Numbered from the whole stretch's first letter, positions 12,541 to 25,328 are shown. The stretch: 63,934 nucleotides of DNA, filler included, from Stramenopiles sp. TOSAG23-6 (GCA_900128565.1; 28 parts of 28 records of this genome joined end to end with filler, not necessarily neighbours in it), one strand, 5' to 3'. The notes: generated by a model not told the origin, from the letters alone. Program-made: numbers and translations.

Positions 12541-12893
12541 TGAGACAACACTAGAATCTCGACACGTCTCTTTTTTTTTCCGAAATTTCGGCCGATTTTG
12601 GACTACGTACCATTTAAGTACGAAAATTATTTTTAGATTTCGTGTCTTCACGAATCAATCCATGTTATTGTTCGGCATTCGTATGCATTGTCTACAGGAT
12701 ATCCTAGCTAGAAAAAGTGGAAAATGCATTGCTCTTCAACGACTACGTGTGCAAAGTTTCAACCTCCAAAGTCCATTTTTAGATCCATTTTTGAGGAAGT
12801 TATTTGTTGTGATTTTTGAAACTTTACCTCCTCAAAAATAGGTCTAAAAATCGACTTTCGACGAGACTTTGTTGAGATTCTAGTGTTGTCTCA
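12541..12893. mobile_element. Putative MITE (353 bp) with terminal inverted repeats
   Basis: TGAGACAACACTAGAATCTC at 12541 and its exact reverse complement ending at 12893, with imperfect extension. No obvious TSD. Confidence 0.55.
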
Positions 12894-12982
12894 GACAATG
12901 CAAGTCGAAGTGTGCTACGTATTATTGGATGTCTACTAGTTTTGTTGTACTGTTAAACTTTTCAAAAAAATGGTAGTAATCG

Positions 12983-13070
12983 AATATTATGGGCAATACT
13001 AATATTACGGGCGATCTACCAATATTACGGGCAATCTAATTTAATATTACGGACAATCTAATATTAAAGA
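12983..13070. repeat. Degenerate tandem repeat, unit AATATTACGGGCAATCT (~5 copies)
   Basis: Seen directly in the sequence. Confidence 0.7.
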
Positions 13071-14268
13071 CTGTATGTATCAACCTTGGCAGAATTAGTA
13101 AATTACTTGCAAATATGAATCCTCTATCATGCGGAACACCAATGATTATATTCTGCATAGGACACCCGGCGAGGTCGTCATTGAATGCTACACAAAATAC
13201 TAATACCGTTTGGGGCTGCATGGATGATATTATTTCAAATATATATTTTAAAATATATTTGTAACAATATAGACATCAAAAGAATATATTATTTATTTAT
13301 TTACACTCACACAATTAATATTTCAACTATATATTTACCACAAAAAGAAAATGGCAAACATGAGTAAACTTTTAAAAGCTGCGGTGATCGGAGTACTTGC
13401 AGTATCAACTGGAGTGTCTGCATCGAAGTATCCACTATTAGAAGAACAGAAAGTTAAAAAAACGAATCATTTTTATACTATCAGTTTTTATTCATTCATG
13501 ATGTCATTTTGAAATAATTTACATTATTTAGTGATACGTATTTTCTATTGATTATAAAGCATAATTGAAAAATCAATTACTTGTGATTGAATAATAATGA
13601 TTCATTTGTTTTGTCGTTTGATTATTGTATACATTATATGGTGTATTTTTAATTTATTTCTAATAGTAAGAAAACAAATAATTATTTGATAGAATTTTGA
13701 TTACTCNNNNNNNNNNNNNNNNNNNNNNNNNNNNNNNNNNNNNNNNNNNNTTAATTAATTAANNNNNNNNNNNNNNNNNNNNNNNNNNNNNNNNNNNNNN
13801 NNNNNNTTGGTGTTTCAAGTGACGGTAACTGCTTCTCAAATTGTAGCAGAGGATGATGATGTTCTGCTTCTTTAGAGTTTTCATCAGTTGGTGCAGTTAC
13901 ATTTGATTGTTCATCTCTTGTGTCCTTTACTGCAACAACAGCCATTCCAAGAGGATTTGCTTTTGTTTGAGCAATTGGCATATTTCTTGAAGTTTACTTG
14001 TTGTTGTTGAACTTAAATGGTATATGCTTTAACATACACTCAAATTCTTTATAAAAAATTCAAAATTTCAAATTTAAATTGAAAATAAGAAATAAATCGG
14101 ATTACCGGGTAATTTATGAAAATTCTATGATTATAGTCAGCTGCGCAATTTTAGTACAAATCTGCTATCATTCAACTTCAACACAATTATTAAATTAAAA
14201 CTCATGCCGCATGCGAGCCCTTTATTAACAATCTTAAACCGTGCGCAATACCTAACAAAAAGCTCAAC

Positions 14269-15604
14269 ATGGTATTTTCTATCTTAATGTTCTTGGGAGC
14301 ATTATTCGTGTCTGTGGATGCATTGGGGGTAAGTAATTTTGACAACTTCAAAGAAACTTGGAGAGAGACTCTCCAAGCAAACTGGGATGAAGAAGTTCCT
14401 CTGAAAGAAATCTATTTGAACAAAGAAAGGACAAAGATGTTCACTCGAGTGCGATACAAATCGCGTCGTAATGTTGATTGTGTTTCTTATTTTGAGAAGA
14501 GTCTTTTTCCTAAAACATCAACAAATGTTTTTGTTGATGAATACGGAGTCATCGCGGGTTTTGTCAATTCGCAATATACTTATCCAGAAAATCCCCCAAG
14601 TGAAACGTATATATGCGACCGTGTAACTTCTTTCGATAAATACTTTACAATCACCACAATTAAACTTCATTTTAATAATTCTGTTGACGCGTACACAAAT
14701 TCCGGAGAGGAATTAAAATTCCAACTAGATCGTACGCATGTGGCCAAACCATTGGAGGATCGAGGTATTACAGGATCATACGTTGGCAAAAACCAGGATG
14801 GCGATTTGAAAATGGAAGTTAACTTTGACGATTCCAGCGCAACATCAAATGGCCGGTTTACCATGATTTCCATGGAACTTAGTCCAATAGACACACCTGA
14901 CAGAGACAGGACTTTTTGTAGTTGTGAAATGCCTCTTACCATAAATTTGGCTTTTGACGGTGTTTTTGATGCCAAGAGGAAGCAAGCAACTTGTACGGAG
15001 CAAAAATGTGAAAAATATCTTCCTCCTTCTTCTGCATACATACCTTTCACGACATTTGAAGATGGTTTTATAATTTTTCCCCTAAATGGTAGACGGATGG
15101 TGTTGAAGAAGAAAAAAAACGCACAAAAACCCACCCACGAAACCGAGTCTAAAAAAACACCAACAACGCAAAAACCTGAAAACACAGCACAACAATCTGT
15201 AACAACAACGCGAAAAATTTCAAAAGCCAGGGCAAATCTCGCGAANATTACAGTGGAGGAGAGAGATAAGATGATTCGAATAGTAGACGACGCACTTGGA
15301 AACACAGCACAACAATCTGTAACAACAACACAAAAACATGAAAACACAGCACAACAATCTGTAACAACAACGCAAAAATCTAGACAATCAAAATTCGATA
15401 CCCAGGAAATCGGGAATTCGGGTCTCAATTGAGATTAAGAAAAACAGAAAAAATAGCACAAAACCTGAAAACACAGCACAAGAACCTGAAGAACCTGAAC
15501 AATCAAGAATTGGTGTCGGTCATAAAATCTTTCTGATTGTTTCAGGAGTTATCTGCGTTGGAGTTATCGGCGTTTTTGGACTTGGATTTTATTTTGATGA
15601 ATAG
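14269..15604 (+). CDS. Type I membrane/secreted protein with ENTAQQSVTTT repeats; apparent frameshift near 15375
   Basis: Signal peptide. Another frame continues with KPENTAQ and a TM helix IFLIVSGVICVGVIGVFGLGFYF to a stop at 15604. Confidence 0.6.
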
Positions 15605-16142
15605 TAATGCTAATGAATCTCAAGAACTTGAAAACTATAAATGTAGAATAAATTTTTATAATTTAACTTTTTTTTTTATAAATTTTCAAATTTTGCATAT
15701 TTTTTTAATTTATAATTTAACATCCTTTGATTTGTAATTCTATTTCACCTGGATTTTTTTCAAATTTTGCATATTTTTTTAATTTATAATTTAAATTGCT
15801 TTTATTTGTAATTCTATTTCACCTGGATTTTTTTGTGTGTTTATACTTTTTGGTGCATCTGGTTGAACATCAGCATCGCTTAATCCAAGTAATGACTCCT
15901 GATGCGTCACATGTAAATGATGACTTACATATATTGTCAAAAAATATTTAAAATTTTTTTTTTTTTTTTGGTTAGGTACAAAATTTTTTTACGAAAACCA
16001 AAANNNNNNNNNNNNNNNNNNNNNNNNNNNNNNNNNNNNNNNNNNNNTTAATTAATTAANNNNNNNNNNNNNNNNNNNNNNNNNNNNNNNNNNNNNNNNN
16101 NNNGAACATGTATTTTTTGAAAATATTTTTTGAAACGTTTCA

Positions 16143-16177
<35 letters not shown>

Positions 16178-16244
16178 TTTTTTGGTTTTTGGTTTTTGAC
16201 CAAAAAAAAAAAATTAAATTAATAAATTCATGATGAAAATATAC

Positions 16245-17157
16245 ATGGTAATGATGATGGTACTGCAGACAGTTGAAGCTTTTCAAAAGCTGTTCGGAGA
16301 TTTTTACGAAATCTAGCAGCTTCGTCCGAAGAATGAATGTCAGAACATGAGAGAGTTGATGTTGAAATTGATGTAAATGTCTTTGTGCTTGAACTATTTT
16401 GAATTGTAGATTTTGGGTTAGGGTTAGGGTTTACTTGTGGTAAATCTCTTGATAATTTTCGACTGTATAATTTTGAACGTGTGCGGCGATTTCCACCAAA
16501 TGTAGGTCTTAATAACTTTGTATTAGTGTCATAGAAACTTCTGCTCCAATAGGATTGTTCAACAACAATCTTCTCATTATCTTTCCCTCTTGATGGTCTT
16601 GATTGTTTCCCATGAGATCTTTTNGACCNTTGAGTGTCATTATCATTTACATTTGATGGAGCTCCAAATTCAACAGACTTTTTATGAGAAATCACATCTA
16701 AAGACATTTGCGTGACATGATTCGTTTCAAATACTTCATATTCACCATGATCCTTTTGTCTACCATGTCTTAATTCTTCAGGATAGTAATACCAACGAGT
16801 TTCCATCCATTTCTGTTTGTCTTGGTCTTCCCAAAAACAGACAATGTCAACTAACCAGAAATGTTCTTTGTGTCGCCCAACTCGGACAACACGACCTGAA
16901 TTCACAGCTACTGTATCACCTACACTGTAATTCGTTCCATCTTTATCTGAAACCATTGCATAATAAGTATCAGTGTCAACTGTCTGAACAATAGAACCAC
17001 GCCATGACCAAGTATTATCTACATCACACTGTTCTGAAACATTGGAATCATTATCGCTAGTATCATCACTGGATTCATCAATCAGTGTACGTTTTTTATT
17101 TGCGCTAGNTGATATNTCATCATCANTAATGCTTGAAATTGGTCGCTTATTTCTCAT
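16245..17157 (-). CDS. ORC1: Origin recognition complex subunit 1, N-terminal BAH exon (partial)
   Basis: BAH features (YSVGDTV, WMETRWYYYPEE, EVFETNH) followed by KLQLSAVPSSLPC. GT..AT intron at 16108-16244. Confidence 0.75.
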
Positions 17158-17441
17158 ACTATTTATATTGATTCTTTGTCAGTACTCAGTAGTACTTGGT
17201 CAATAATTAGTCCGTGATGGTCAACGTCAATTTATCAAAATGGTCAATCAAAAAAAAAAATCAAAACGCAAAAAAAACATCAAAATTTTTTTTTTATTTA
17301 AAGTCGCCTTTTTTTTCGATTTGCTATTTTTTTTTTAATTTTTTTGTTTTTGTTTACAATAGAAATCGTCATTGAAGAGAGCGCAACAATACGTAACTTT
17401 TACAGTTTTTACATGCTATAGTACCTATACATAAAAAATTG

Positions 17442-18056
17442 ATGATGAAATTACTTGTACTATTGATGGTATTTAACACTTATTGCGCTGAGGGTGCAGT
17501 ACCAAATGAAATTGGTCAACTATCAAAGCTTGAAAGATTGGAATTGGATGAAAACGAACTATCGATTGGTGAATCTGGTGCTTTTGTTGAGGATGTTGGT
17601 CAGTTAAGCCAAGAGGAGGAGGCTAATGCTGCCCGTTTTGATGCAGCCACACGGCACATCACACCTGAACCTGAACCACTATTGAATCCGACCCTGGAAC
17701 CTGAACCACCGTTGGATCCGACCCTGGGACCTGAACCACCGTTGGATCCAACCCTGGAGCTGGAACGCGAGTACAAATCAGCTCTTGAAACCGAGCGAGT
17801 ATTGGATTATTTGTCAAGGTTATATCCGGTGAATCAGCTGGTGTTGAGCCAGTTAGTTGAAAAACCCAAACACGGCAAATTTCGTGCTGTTGCTACTGCC
17901 ACCAGCTCAGAGAAAGAAGAAGAAACTGACACGGAAGAAGTTGTTACAGAAACTGGCAGAGATAGTCCGTTCTTACCCTCAACAGCAATTTTAGCATTGA
18001 GTGGATTAGTAGGATTGGGGTTAATTTTACGATCAATACTTTCGGAATTCTCGTGA
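17442..18056 (+). CDS. Signal peptide + single LRR + PEP repeats + C-terminal TM protein
   Basis: GAVPNEIGQLSKLERLELDENEL, EPEPPLDPTL repeats, hydrophobic tail. Confidence 0.6.
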   Translation: MMKLLVLLMVFNTYCAEGAVPNEIGQLSKLERLELDENELSIGESGAFVEDVGQLSQEEEANAARFDAATRHITPEPEPLLNPTLEPEPPLDPTLGPEPPLDPTLELEREYKSALETERVLDYLSRLYPVNQLVLSQLVEKPKHGKFRAVATATSSEKEEETDTEEVVTETGRDSPFLPSTAILALSGLVGLGLILRSILSEFS

Positions 18057-18398
18057 TGTTACTTATCAAGCGGATGATTTTGATCTAGTCAAAAATTAAA
18101 GAATTTCGTAATCAAATTTTTAATGGTAACAAAAACTAACAAAAATAACAAAAATTAAAAATTTTAAAGGTCTTCTTTCTCAACACTATTATCTTGTTCA
18201 TCACTGTTTTTTTCATCTTTGTCAGTATTAGAATCGTCATCACTTTCATCGGCTGTTGATTCGTCATCTTGATCAACATTATTTTCATCATCTTGATCNN
18301 NNNNNNNNNNNNNNNNNNNNNNNNNNNNNNNNNNNNNNNNNNTTAATTAATTAANNNNNNNNNNNNNNNNNNNNNNNNNNNNNNNNNNNNNNNNNNNN

Positions 18399-19432
18399 TT
18401 GCAATTACGAGTGTTTTTAATAATTCGATTGATTGCTGGTTGTTTCTTCATTGCAGTATATTTGATATGACGAGTATGTTTTACAGTATAACCATTGACT
18501 GAACCAATATATTGTTTTAAATTTCGCACACGAGATATCATTTTTTTGGAGGGCGGTGGCGTTCCAGGTCTTGTTGAGGGTTTTGAATGACGCACTCTTG
18601 ACTGGATTGATTGTAAGCGAGGTCTTTTGAGTGGTTTCGTATAGTCATTTTTGGGGCTTATATTCATTGAATCTGTTTCAGTACACGATGTTTCGTTTAC
18701 TATGTTAGTAAACGTGAAAGACAATTTCCTCGCGGGAGAATCTTCTTTTATTTGAAATCGAGAAGATGCATCTTTTCCAAGTTGAAATTTCGTTTGCTTT
18801 GATTTTTTTGTGATATTTTTGATTGACAAATTACACTTATTATGAGTAATGTTTTGTGGTTGTCTTTTTAGAATTTTATTTGCTTGAATTTTCTGTTTCT
18901 TGAGGTATATACGGTTATACTTTTCAGTGGTTTCTTTGAAGACGATTGGATCCTTCGCTGTTTCATCCGTTGCTTTTACGTGGTCCAGAAATTCATTCAT
19001 ACGTAAATCCTCGCGTGGTGGTCTGTTTGCTGCTTTATTTGGATCAATTACGACGTTAGGTGAGCAAAGACTATCACGTTTGAATGAAACTTCATTGTTA
19101 CCAAAGGCTAAACGTTGTCGTGCATTTTCTAGGAAGCTTTTCTTACCAGTACCACCACTATAAACACTAGAATGATTCGCTCCAGGTGTTGCAGCGTTTT
19201 CTTTTCCTCCTGTTCGTCGTAGTTTCTTCGCGCTAGAACGTCGTTTCCGTTTTGCAATTGAACTTGGACTAAGCTTTTGAAGAGGGGTCAACACTCGACT
19301 AAAGTCCTTTTTCAAACCATTGCTTGGTGTGTGAGACTGAATTCGCACTCTGAGTGAACTCCTCATTTTTCTAGTCTCTGGGGAAAGGAAAGAAGATTGC
19401 TTCCGCTTTGGACGGTGGTTGTATTGCATCAT
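18399..19432 (-). CDS. Basic low-complexity protein of unknown function (partial)
   Basis: Open ORF of about 345 aa with no recognised domain. Confidence 0.55.
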
Positions 19433-19735
19433 TCTTCCTTATATCTCCTTCTTTAAGAGAGTCTATAATATGTTGTNNNNNNNNNNNNNNNNNNNNNNNN
19501 NNNNNNNNNNNNNNNNNNNNNNNNNNNNNNNNNNNNNNNNNNNNNNNNNNNNNNNNNNNNNNNNNNNNNNNNNNNNNNNNNNNNNNNNNNNNNNNNNNNN
19601 NNNNNNNNNNNNNNNNNNNNNNNNNNNNNNNNNNNNNNNNNNNNNNNNNNNNNNNNNNNNNNNNNNNTTTCTTTGAACTTGAGAGTGAACTGAAAACAAG
19701 AAAACTCCCGTGTTTAAGAAAGAAAATCAAATAAA

Positions 19736-20593
19736 ATGCCGTGTTGTTCAGTCGTTGGAACCGCCGGTATGTGTGCATGTATGGGGTTGAATGGATGTGC
19801 TTCAGGATGCAATACTGCTGGTAAGGCGGGTGATAAACCTGCGAGAATTACGTTTCTTGTTCTTTTTTTGTTTTCTGCAGTCACAGCAATTGTTTTACGT
19901 ATAAGTGGGGCTTCTCTATTTAGAAAGCATACGAACTTTGTCGCACATAATTGCATATCAGATGATTGTGTCGGAAACCAAATTATATACCGTTTTAGTT
20001 TCGGTAATGCTATTTTCTTTGCTTTGATGGCAGCGATTGCACCCTTCTGTTTGATGGTTCATCGGCAGTTATGGCAAGCTAAAATCCCTTTCTATTTGCT
20101 TCTTGTTGTAGGTTCATTTTTCCTTCCAGAGGAGTTATTTGAAGGCTTTGAAGTAGTAGCTCGGTATATGTCTACAATATTTTTGATCCTGCAGGTTATT
20201 ATTTTGGTTGAGTTTGCGTATGACGTTCACGAAAGTTTAACTGCTTCAGCTGAGGAAGCGGATAAAGAGCTCGAAGGGGGCGTGACCGCTGAAACCACGA
20301 CATGTGAAATGTTGAATAAGTATCGTATTGTATATCTTATTCTGATATTAATGTTTTCTTTATTTTGGTTGATTGGTTCCATTCTGTTGTTTACCACATT
20401 TAAATGTCCTTTCACCAGAAAGGTAACGGCTGTGACCATGTCTTTTGGACTTCTTTCAATGGTTGGTGCGTCTCTGTCTAAAGATGGTGGTTTATTACCC
20501 GGGGCAACTGTTGCAGCATACTGTACATGGCTAACGTTTTCAGCATTATCTTCAAATGATGATTTAGACTGTAATACATTTGCTAAAGCGAGA
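19736..20593 (+). CDS. SERINC: Serine incorporator family protein (3' partial)
   Basis: Cys-rich N-terminus, CVGNQIIYRFSF, FLILQVIILVEFAY, GGLLPGATVAAYCTWLTFSALSS. Confidence 0.9.
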
Positions 20594-20693
20594 NNNNNNN
20601 NNNNNNNNNNNNNNNNNNNNNNNNNNNNNNNNNNNNNTTAATTAATTAANNNNNNNNNNNNNNNNNNNNNNNNNNNNNNNNNNNNNNNNNNNN

Positions 20694-22471
20694 TATATTG
20701 CACCTGAAAGCACATTACGAATATGATACGGCCATTCTGTCTCTTCGACAGCTATTTATTGTGAAAAATATTTTTTTTTTGGTTAAAAACAGTTGTTAGG
20801 TATGAAATTTTCATAGTAAAAACTTCATTCTCGATGAAAACGTACTTTAGCCAAGACAATTCTGTCGATGTTGATGGAGTAGATTGGAGGAGAGATCCAA
20901 ACTTTGATAGACTATTTCGCATCGCATGGATGTTGGCAATTCCTAAATACTTGATACTAGCATTTTTATAATTGCTATTACTTTCCACGCCACCACCATT
21001 TAAACCATTTGCATACGCCGCTGCTTTGGCTCGACAATCAGCAATTAGCAATTTATTTGATTTTCTATTTGACATTCTGACGGAGGAGAGCAAAAGCTCA
21101 TCTTCTCTATTACGATTTCCTCCAGCACCGACTACACCAAGACCTACCTTTGGTTGTGATGACCTCCACATTGTAGGTCCCTGTATTGTGAAATTCTTTT
21201 TTAAAAAGTAAAAAAAATTGGTTACTACAAAATTTGGTAAAAAAACAAAAACAAAAAAATATTGAAAGTCAAAACATACATTTGGCTGACCTGGGAAACA
21301 CCAAGAGAACGCAGGAATGCGTCCTTTTGAACGAAAACTTGCACATTTCCACATATATAGCGAAAAATATATCACAAAAAAAATCATTAGGTACAAAATG
21401 TTTTGGAAAAAAACAGTTGAAATGAATGATGAAAAAGTACATGGAAGCTTCAGAAAAATCACGCGGCTTGATTAATTGTTCGGGATATGTAGGTGTCATT
21501 CGATACCCATTATTACTAGTTGAAAATACGAACGGCGATGTTTGTGATGTGATTCCAAGACGATTATATTCTTGTACTGCATTGTACTGGTAGGGTAAGC
21601 CATCTGGCGAACTTTCAGTAGTAAGTTGACTAAAAAAACAAAAAGCAAGTTCAACTTTACTAGGAAAAGCCATTGTTTTCAATGTTTGAAGAGCTTTTTT
21701 ACGGGTTTCTTCGCATTTAAACCCAAATACAAGCGTGCGGAGATCTTTACATTTGACACAAATAAGGACTTTTCGCCCATTTTTTGTACTGTGTAATTCC
21801 AATTTTTGGATGCATCCCAAAGGAACGTCAAAATATTTTGGAGGGAAATCGTAGGATTCAGTAGGGAAAAAACGCAGTTGGTATGTAGTACACATCAACT
21901 CACCAGCAACCATTGGAGGAACACCTGGTTCACAACGCAATGCAGCACTAAAAAAATAACAATCTCCTACTTTCATTTCTATCAACAATTGTTCCCCCGG
22001 GAGAAAAGAATCACGGGCATTAAAACTACCCAGGGGCTTTGGCCGATTCCGCGGGAGACCGAGTGCCGATTTAGATCGTGGGCAAACACAAGAAGGGTCT
22101 ACAACATCTACTGCGACATTGTTTTTGTTGCGTTCCGTTGTTTGAGAAATAAGAGAACTAGCAGACACTACAGGTTGACTTCCGACAGGTTCATTTCTGG
22201 TAGTCTTCGTCCTTCCGTGTCTACCTTGGCTTTTAACGCGCTTCGATGCTTTATTGCTCGAATTTAATTTGCGGCCTGATAAATTAGTCTTTGGTGCCTC
22301 TGACATGGATAAAAATGGATTATTCACCAATTCATGATCAAAACTGGCACTGCGATTTATCGCCTTTTTTGCTTTTTCTTCTTTATCCTTTGCTAATTGT
22401 AGTTTTGCATCTTGCGCAGCAAACATTGAGAGTGGGTCGTTCATACTATGTAAGAAAATTCTTGAACTCAA
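20694..22471 (-). CDS. Myotubularin-related phosphatase with GRAM domain, 4 exons (partial)
   Basis: TPTYPEQL, ASFRSKGRIPA, WRSSQPKVG, IADCRAKAAAYAN, IANIHAMRNSL, W..HIRNVLSGA. Confidence 0.92.
20754..20845 (-). other. Family intron, GT..AT; an AG 2 nt downstream is out of frame
   Basis: AA|GTACGT...AATAAAT|A GCT restores SWLK-AVEETEW. Confidence 0.82.
21181..21279 (-). other. Family intron, canonical GT..AG variant
   Basis: AAT|GTATGT...CACAATACAG|GGA. Confidence 0.85.
21353..21440 (-). other. Family intron, GT..AT
   Basis: AT|GTACTT...CTATATAT|G TGG restores EASM-WKCASFRSKGR. Confidence 0.85.
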
Positions 22472-22991
22472 ATTGAGATAGAACAGTTACAGTAATAAAC
22501 ACGTACTTGAATCTAAATACACAAATGTTCAACCAATCGATTTTATAACGAAGATTTTACAACACAACAACGGTACGACAGTAGTAGTAAAAAAAAACAT
22601 CAGAAATTTTCGATGTTTTTTACGATTATTCGATTTGAGCGGATTGACCTCCAAGAAAGCAGCTGTTATAATATACCGATACATAAGTAGGGTTAGGGTT
22701 GTACGTGGCTAAATTCGACATTCGACTATGAAAAATTATTTAAATTCTTTTATTTTTCTTCTTGTAACAAAGTACAATTACTAGCTACAGTATGACTTAA
22801 ACAAAACCTTCCGGCATATCACCAGCAGAATCCCCATTTTTTTCCTCATTCAAAGTCTTATTATCCCTTGTTTCCGGTTCANNNNNNNNNNNNNNNNNNN
22901 NNNNNNNNNNNNNNNNNNNNNNNNNTTAATTAATTAANNNNNNNNNNNNNNNNNNNNNNNNNNNNNNNNNNNNNNNNNNNNAAATTCTACT

Positions 22992-23429
22992 ATGATGCCA
23001 TATTTGAGTTCTGCAGATGGATCAAACTTTTTACGATGTGTTATTAAATATCCTAATGCAGGAAATACATGGGAGTTTCTGGGTATGGAAAAACCGAATT
23101 GGGTAGAAGTTTCATTAAGAAAAAGATGCGAGCAAGCAATATCTTATCGTTGGTCTGTTTCTCGTTCTAAAAACACGGAACAGTTTGACCGTGTCTTTAA
23201 CAATTTATGTCATGCAAGTAATAAAAAAAGACCACGAATATCAAATGGTGATGATGACAATAATGATTTACCTATGAAAATTCTTAAAAAGTGTATGAAG
23301 GATACTATGAAATATAAGGAAGCGATTGCCAGAAGGATTCATAATGACGATAAAAGAAAATTAGAAATAATGCAGAAAAAACTGGAGATAGCTGAATCGC
23401 GACTCCAGCAGTATGAGTCAAAGACATAA
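22992..23429 (+). CDS. Unknown protein, C-terminal part
   Basis: ORF only. Confidence 0.45.
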   Translation: MMPYLSSADGSNFLRCVIKYPNAGNTWEFLGMEKPNWVEVSLRKRCEQAISYRWSVSRSKNTEQFDRVFNNLCHASNKKRPRISNGDDDNNDLPMKILKKCMKDTMKYKEAIARRIHNDDKRKLEIMQKKLEIAESRLQQYESKT

Positions 23430-23481
23430 TTTATTTATTTGTTAAAGTCTCATTCTAAGAATAAACAACCCGAGATAATTA

Positions 23482-23841
23482 CTAATCATTGAATTTTATA
23501 CCCTGTGCTTCGAATTGACTTTTTGCGGCTAATATAGCTTCCGCTCTTTCCATCGAAAACTCGTCTATATTTTCTTGGACAGCATCTTCAAAAGTTGAGT
23601 GTGAAATAGTTTTTGCTTGATTCATCACAGGAATTTCTCCAGTTGCAAAAGCATTCAAACGACCTTCGAAAGCATTTTGCGCAGTTATAGCATCAGCTAG
23701 TTGCTGAGGAGTCATCAAATGGCCTGAGGAGCTTGAAACTTTCGGAGCACTCGTAATGGATTTCTTTAACTCTTCCTTTGACATGGGCGTGAAGTCATTT
23801 TTACTGCTCTTATTCTGAAGATGGACATTAGAACCAGTCAT
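23482..23841 (-). CDS. Small protein with an ARMC6 N-terminal-like motif
   Basis: ISHSTFEDAVQENIDEFSM...AKSQFEAQG resembles the ARMC6 N-terminal motif (recalled, not searched). Confidence 0.5.
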   Translation of the reverse strand: MTGSNVHLQNKSSKNDFTPMSKEELKKSITSAPKVSSSSGHLMTPQQLADAITAQNAFEGRLNAFATGEIPVMNQAKTISHSTFEDAVQENIDEFSMERAEAILAAKSQFEAQGIKFND

Positions 23842-24167
23842 GCTAAGCGATTCCCTACTTTTACTAGAGTAGAATGTACCACAAGTACTTGTGCAATATC
23901 TAGAGCTACACTAGCAGTAAAAATCTTGTTCTACCTAAAACTAAACTTCGAGCATGGTTTATGAGTTTGTTGACGACGACAGTCGCAATAATATTATCAT
24001 GACAGAAACAGTCAAAAAAGTTCACATTACCGGGTACGTACACTAAAAAAAATGGCCAGGTATTTCTTTTGCCAGTCATCTCGACCCAGTCATCCTTCTT
24101 TCCCTTGCGTAAAAAAGCGTATACTCTGTGAGATTTAGCTAGATCCCGAGTTCGCAATTACCCAAGA

Positions 24168-25130
24168 ATGATGATTTTCGACACCATTTTTTTCAGTAGA
24201 GCAGCTGTACAAGTGTACGCTGTAGTTGGAGTCATATGGATTGGTCAGTTTCTATTGAGTCTATTGCTCAACTTTCGTTTTTTCAGATTCTTATGTGGTG
24301 AACGTCGCGTAAATTTCCGAAAGTGTAAAGGTTGGGCTGTGGTGACAGGTGCTACTGATGGAATTGGCAAAGCACTTGCAGTGGAGCTTGCTCGTCGTGG
24401 CCTATCAATCGTATTAATATCTCGAACTCAGTCTCGTTTGGATGCTGCTGCTGCTGAGTGTCTTGCTGCAGGTCCAAAGGGAATAAAGACTAAAACAGTG
24501 CAGGTCGATTTTAGTCTCCAGAATGCGGGAATATATGAAAAGCTAGAAGAAGCTTTACAAGGGTTGAATATTTCTGTGCTCATTAACAACGTTGGTGTCT
24601 CCTATCCACATGCTCAATACTTATGTGAAGTAGATGATGCCGTCTTGGATTCTTTGAGCTCAGTAAATGTAAAGGCAATGATGCGTGTTTCAAAAATAGT
24701 TTTGAAGAACGATTTGATGAAAGCTGGTAGTGTGATAATAAACGTAGCTTCAGGTGCTGGTATAATTTCGAGTGATCCATTGTATGCCGGTTATGCAGGT
24801 TCTAAATCTTTTGTTGATGCGTTTTCTCGATCTCTTGCCGTTGAATTGCGACCAAGGAAAATGTACGTTTTCAAATTTGGAAGTTGAAATTTTTTTTTTG
24901 TACGAAATTTTGTACCTAACAAAAAACAATTCTAAAAATATTTTTTCACAATACATTGTCGTTCAGTGCCATTGCCCTCTTTTTGTTGTCTCTAAACTCG
25001 CAAAAATTCGCAAACCATCATTTTTTGTCCCCACTCCTGCAGATTATGCGACGGTGGCCCTCAATTCAGTGTATGAAGGAAAACGTGTAACAATTGTTCC
25101 TCATTGGCCACATCGATTGCAACTTTACAT
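24168..25130 (+). CDS. Very-long-chain 3-oxoacyl-CoA reductase / HSD17B12-like SDR (3' partial)
   Basis: WAVVTGATDGIGKA, LINNVGVSY, YAGSK. After the intron: IVVQCHCPLFVVSKLAKIRK. Confidence 0.9.
24863..24956 (+). other. Family intron, GT..AT
   Basis: AT|GTACGT...CAATACAT|T GTC gives RK-I-VVQ. Confidence 0.88.
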
Positions 25131-25328
25131 GTATGTTTTATTTTTTTTTCAAATTCGAATTTTTTTTCNNNNNNNNNNNNNNNNNNNNNNNNNNNNNNNN
25201 NNNNNNNNNNNNTTAATTAATTAANNNNNNNNNNNNNNNNNNNNNNNNNNNNNNNNNNNNNNNNNNNNAATTTTGTACCTAACAAATTTTTTATGATTTT
25301 TTTTTTGAAATATTTTTCCAAAATACAT

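Noticed and set aside
15370-15380. Programmed frameshift in the membrane protein gene
   Set aside because: The frame change sits at a short A homopolymer in a low-quality repeat region, so an indel error is more likely. The break near 30112 is treated the same way.
24863-24956. Elements as gene-inactivating transposon insertions or ciliate-type DNA-eliminated sequences
   Set aside because: Always sense-oriented, with donor and branch motifs, exact frame restoration in many essential genes and AG-ending siblings. RNA splicing fits better, although it is unproven without RNA data.
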